This document shows positions 62,585 to 64,000 of a stretch of 64,000 nt of DNA, piece after piece. Origin of the DNA: Octopus sinensis (lineage: Eukaryota); the NCBI RefSeq assembly GCF_006345805.1, contig NC_043003.1, positions 108,500,001 through 108,564,000 on the forward strand, in the 5' to 3' direction. Position 1 is the first letter of the stretch. Every line of letters begins with the position of its first letter. Below the pieces are notes generated by a model. It did not search any database. It saw only the letters and a program-made list of their open reading frames with translations, and was not told the DNA's origin. Both the position numbers and the translations under genes were made by a program.

Positions 62585-63080
62585 CAATATGTATAGAACA
62601 TGTAGTAACCGAATGTAAAAAAAGAATGCGCGCTGGCGAACGTGGGGTGAGGGAGAGACGACTCGGAAAATTCACGCGATCAGTCTACAAGATCCGAAAA
62701 CTCAACGTTAACACCCGGTCACAAAATTTTTTTTTAAATAGTGTAATAGGTGTAAAACATGTAGTAAACGAATATGAAAAAAAAACAAAAACAATGCGCG
62801 CTGGCGAACGGGGGGGGGGAGGGGAAATCCTCTGAAAATTCAACGTTAAGACCCGGTCACAAAAGTGGGAGGAAAATAGTGTGCTGGGTGTAAAATAATG
62901 TTTAGTAAACGAAGATGAAGAAAATAAATTCGCCGACTGACGGGGAAGTGGTAAGAAGACTCGGAACATTCTCGATGTGAATTTTCCGAGTCCTCTCCTC
63001 CGGCCCACATTCGCCAGCGCGCATTTCTTTTTTCATATTCGTCTGCTTACGTGTTGTTCTACACTTCTTGCACTATTAAA
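62585..63080. repeat. Diverged ~165-bp direct repeats followed by an inverted copy
   Basis: AATGCGCGCTGGCGAA at ~62626 and ~62793, inverted at ~63010-63025; AACGTTAA.ACCCGGTCACAAAA twice. Confidence 0.75.
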
Positions 63081-63359
63081 ATTTTTTTCCTTTTTGCTCG
63101 GATCAAACACTTTAGTTTGACCTGTTTTGCACCCATAAATCTCTACGTCGTATAGGCGACTCGTCAAACTGAAATGGTTGCAGGCACAAAACTGTGCCTC
63201 CGACCGTTTGAGTCTGACGTGTCTCTGATATGTACGAAATCGATGGTCACTCTCTAATCGACCATGAGGAACAACCTTCAAAAAATATATCACTGCTCTA
63301 ATGTTTTAGAGTGTGCTTCTTTTTTCAGATATATGAACTATTGACGATATATAGTTTAG

Positions 63360-63361
63360 CA

Positions 63362-63395
<34 letters not shown>

Positions 63396-63590
63396 CATAC
63401 ATACATACATACATACATACATACATACATACATACATACATACATACATACATACATACATACACATACATACATACATACATACATACATACATACAT
63501 ACATACATACATACATACATACATACACACATACATACACACATATACATACATACATACACACATACATACACACATACATACATATAT
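63360..63590. repeat. (ATAC)n microsatellite
   Basis: Direct reading. Confidence 0.95.
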
Positions 63591-63748
63591 GCTTTCGGTG
63601 CGAATGTTTTTTTTTATGCGACGGATAGGAAAGTCTTCTTTTTTTCTGTCAAGGGCTTACATGTCCCTTTATTAGACTATTTTCCTTAGTCATTGCATGG
63701 TGATCACCATAAGCTTTAAGCTTCTATTAGAATACCATATATATATAT

Positions 63749-63796
<48 letters not shown>

Positions 63797-64000
63797 AATT
63801 GAGATAGGGGTTGTAAATGCAACCCTCCATGGGATAACATATATCCAATATACTGCTAGTGAAGTACCCAACAAAGTTAATACATAAATGTTAAGAATTG
63901 CGATGCAATTAATTCATTTACTGTATTATATGGGCAAAGGTAAAATGTTTTACCACAAATTCATAATACAAAATAAGAAAATGGAGAAATACATCTAAAT

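Overview
AT-rich, repeat-dense eukaryotic DNA. The tRNA-derived SINE families, RTE LINEs with (GAT)n tails and long (TA)n arrays are most consistent with an octopus/coleoid cephalopod genome (inference, not a database match). I recognise no known host gene and no intact autonomous element. Most non-microsatellite sequence is decayed transposons: four mariner copies, three maT/DD37D copies, hAT, Mutator-like and Merlin-like MITEs, Helitrons, RTE, CR1/L2-like and R4-like LINEs, a solo LTR, a scrambled Gypsy relic and many SINEs, often nested with readable target-site duplications (TSDs). Most listed ORFs are microsatellite read-throughs. Highlights: (1) a ~260-bp palindrome (5608-5866) carrying two inverted minimal type I hammerhead ribozymes of Penelope type; (2) an RTE LINE with exact twin-priming 5'-inversion geometry and three C-terminal C2H2 fingers (2374-5156); (3) a speculative minus-strand spliced gene whose frame-compatible exons (40910-40931, 16551-16583, 15359-15416) give MDGSSKKDVSAKSQQNLPGLDVNLIFCLCFAAFCILI, a possible small single-pass membrane peptide; (4) a Mutator-like MITE whose terminal inverted repeats (TIRs) each carry an octamer plus CCAAT module. 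Boundaries of decayed repeats are approximate unless a TSD or TIR is quoted.
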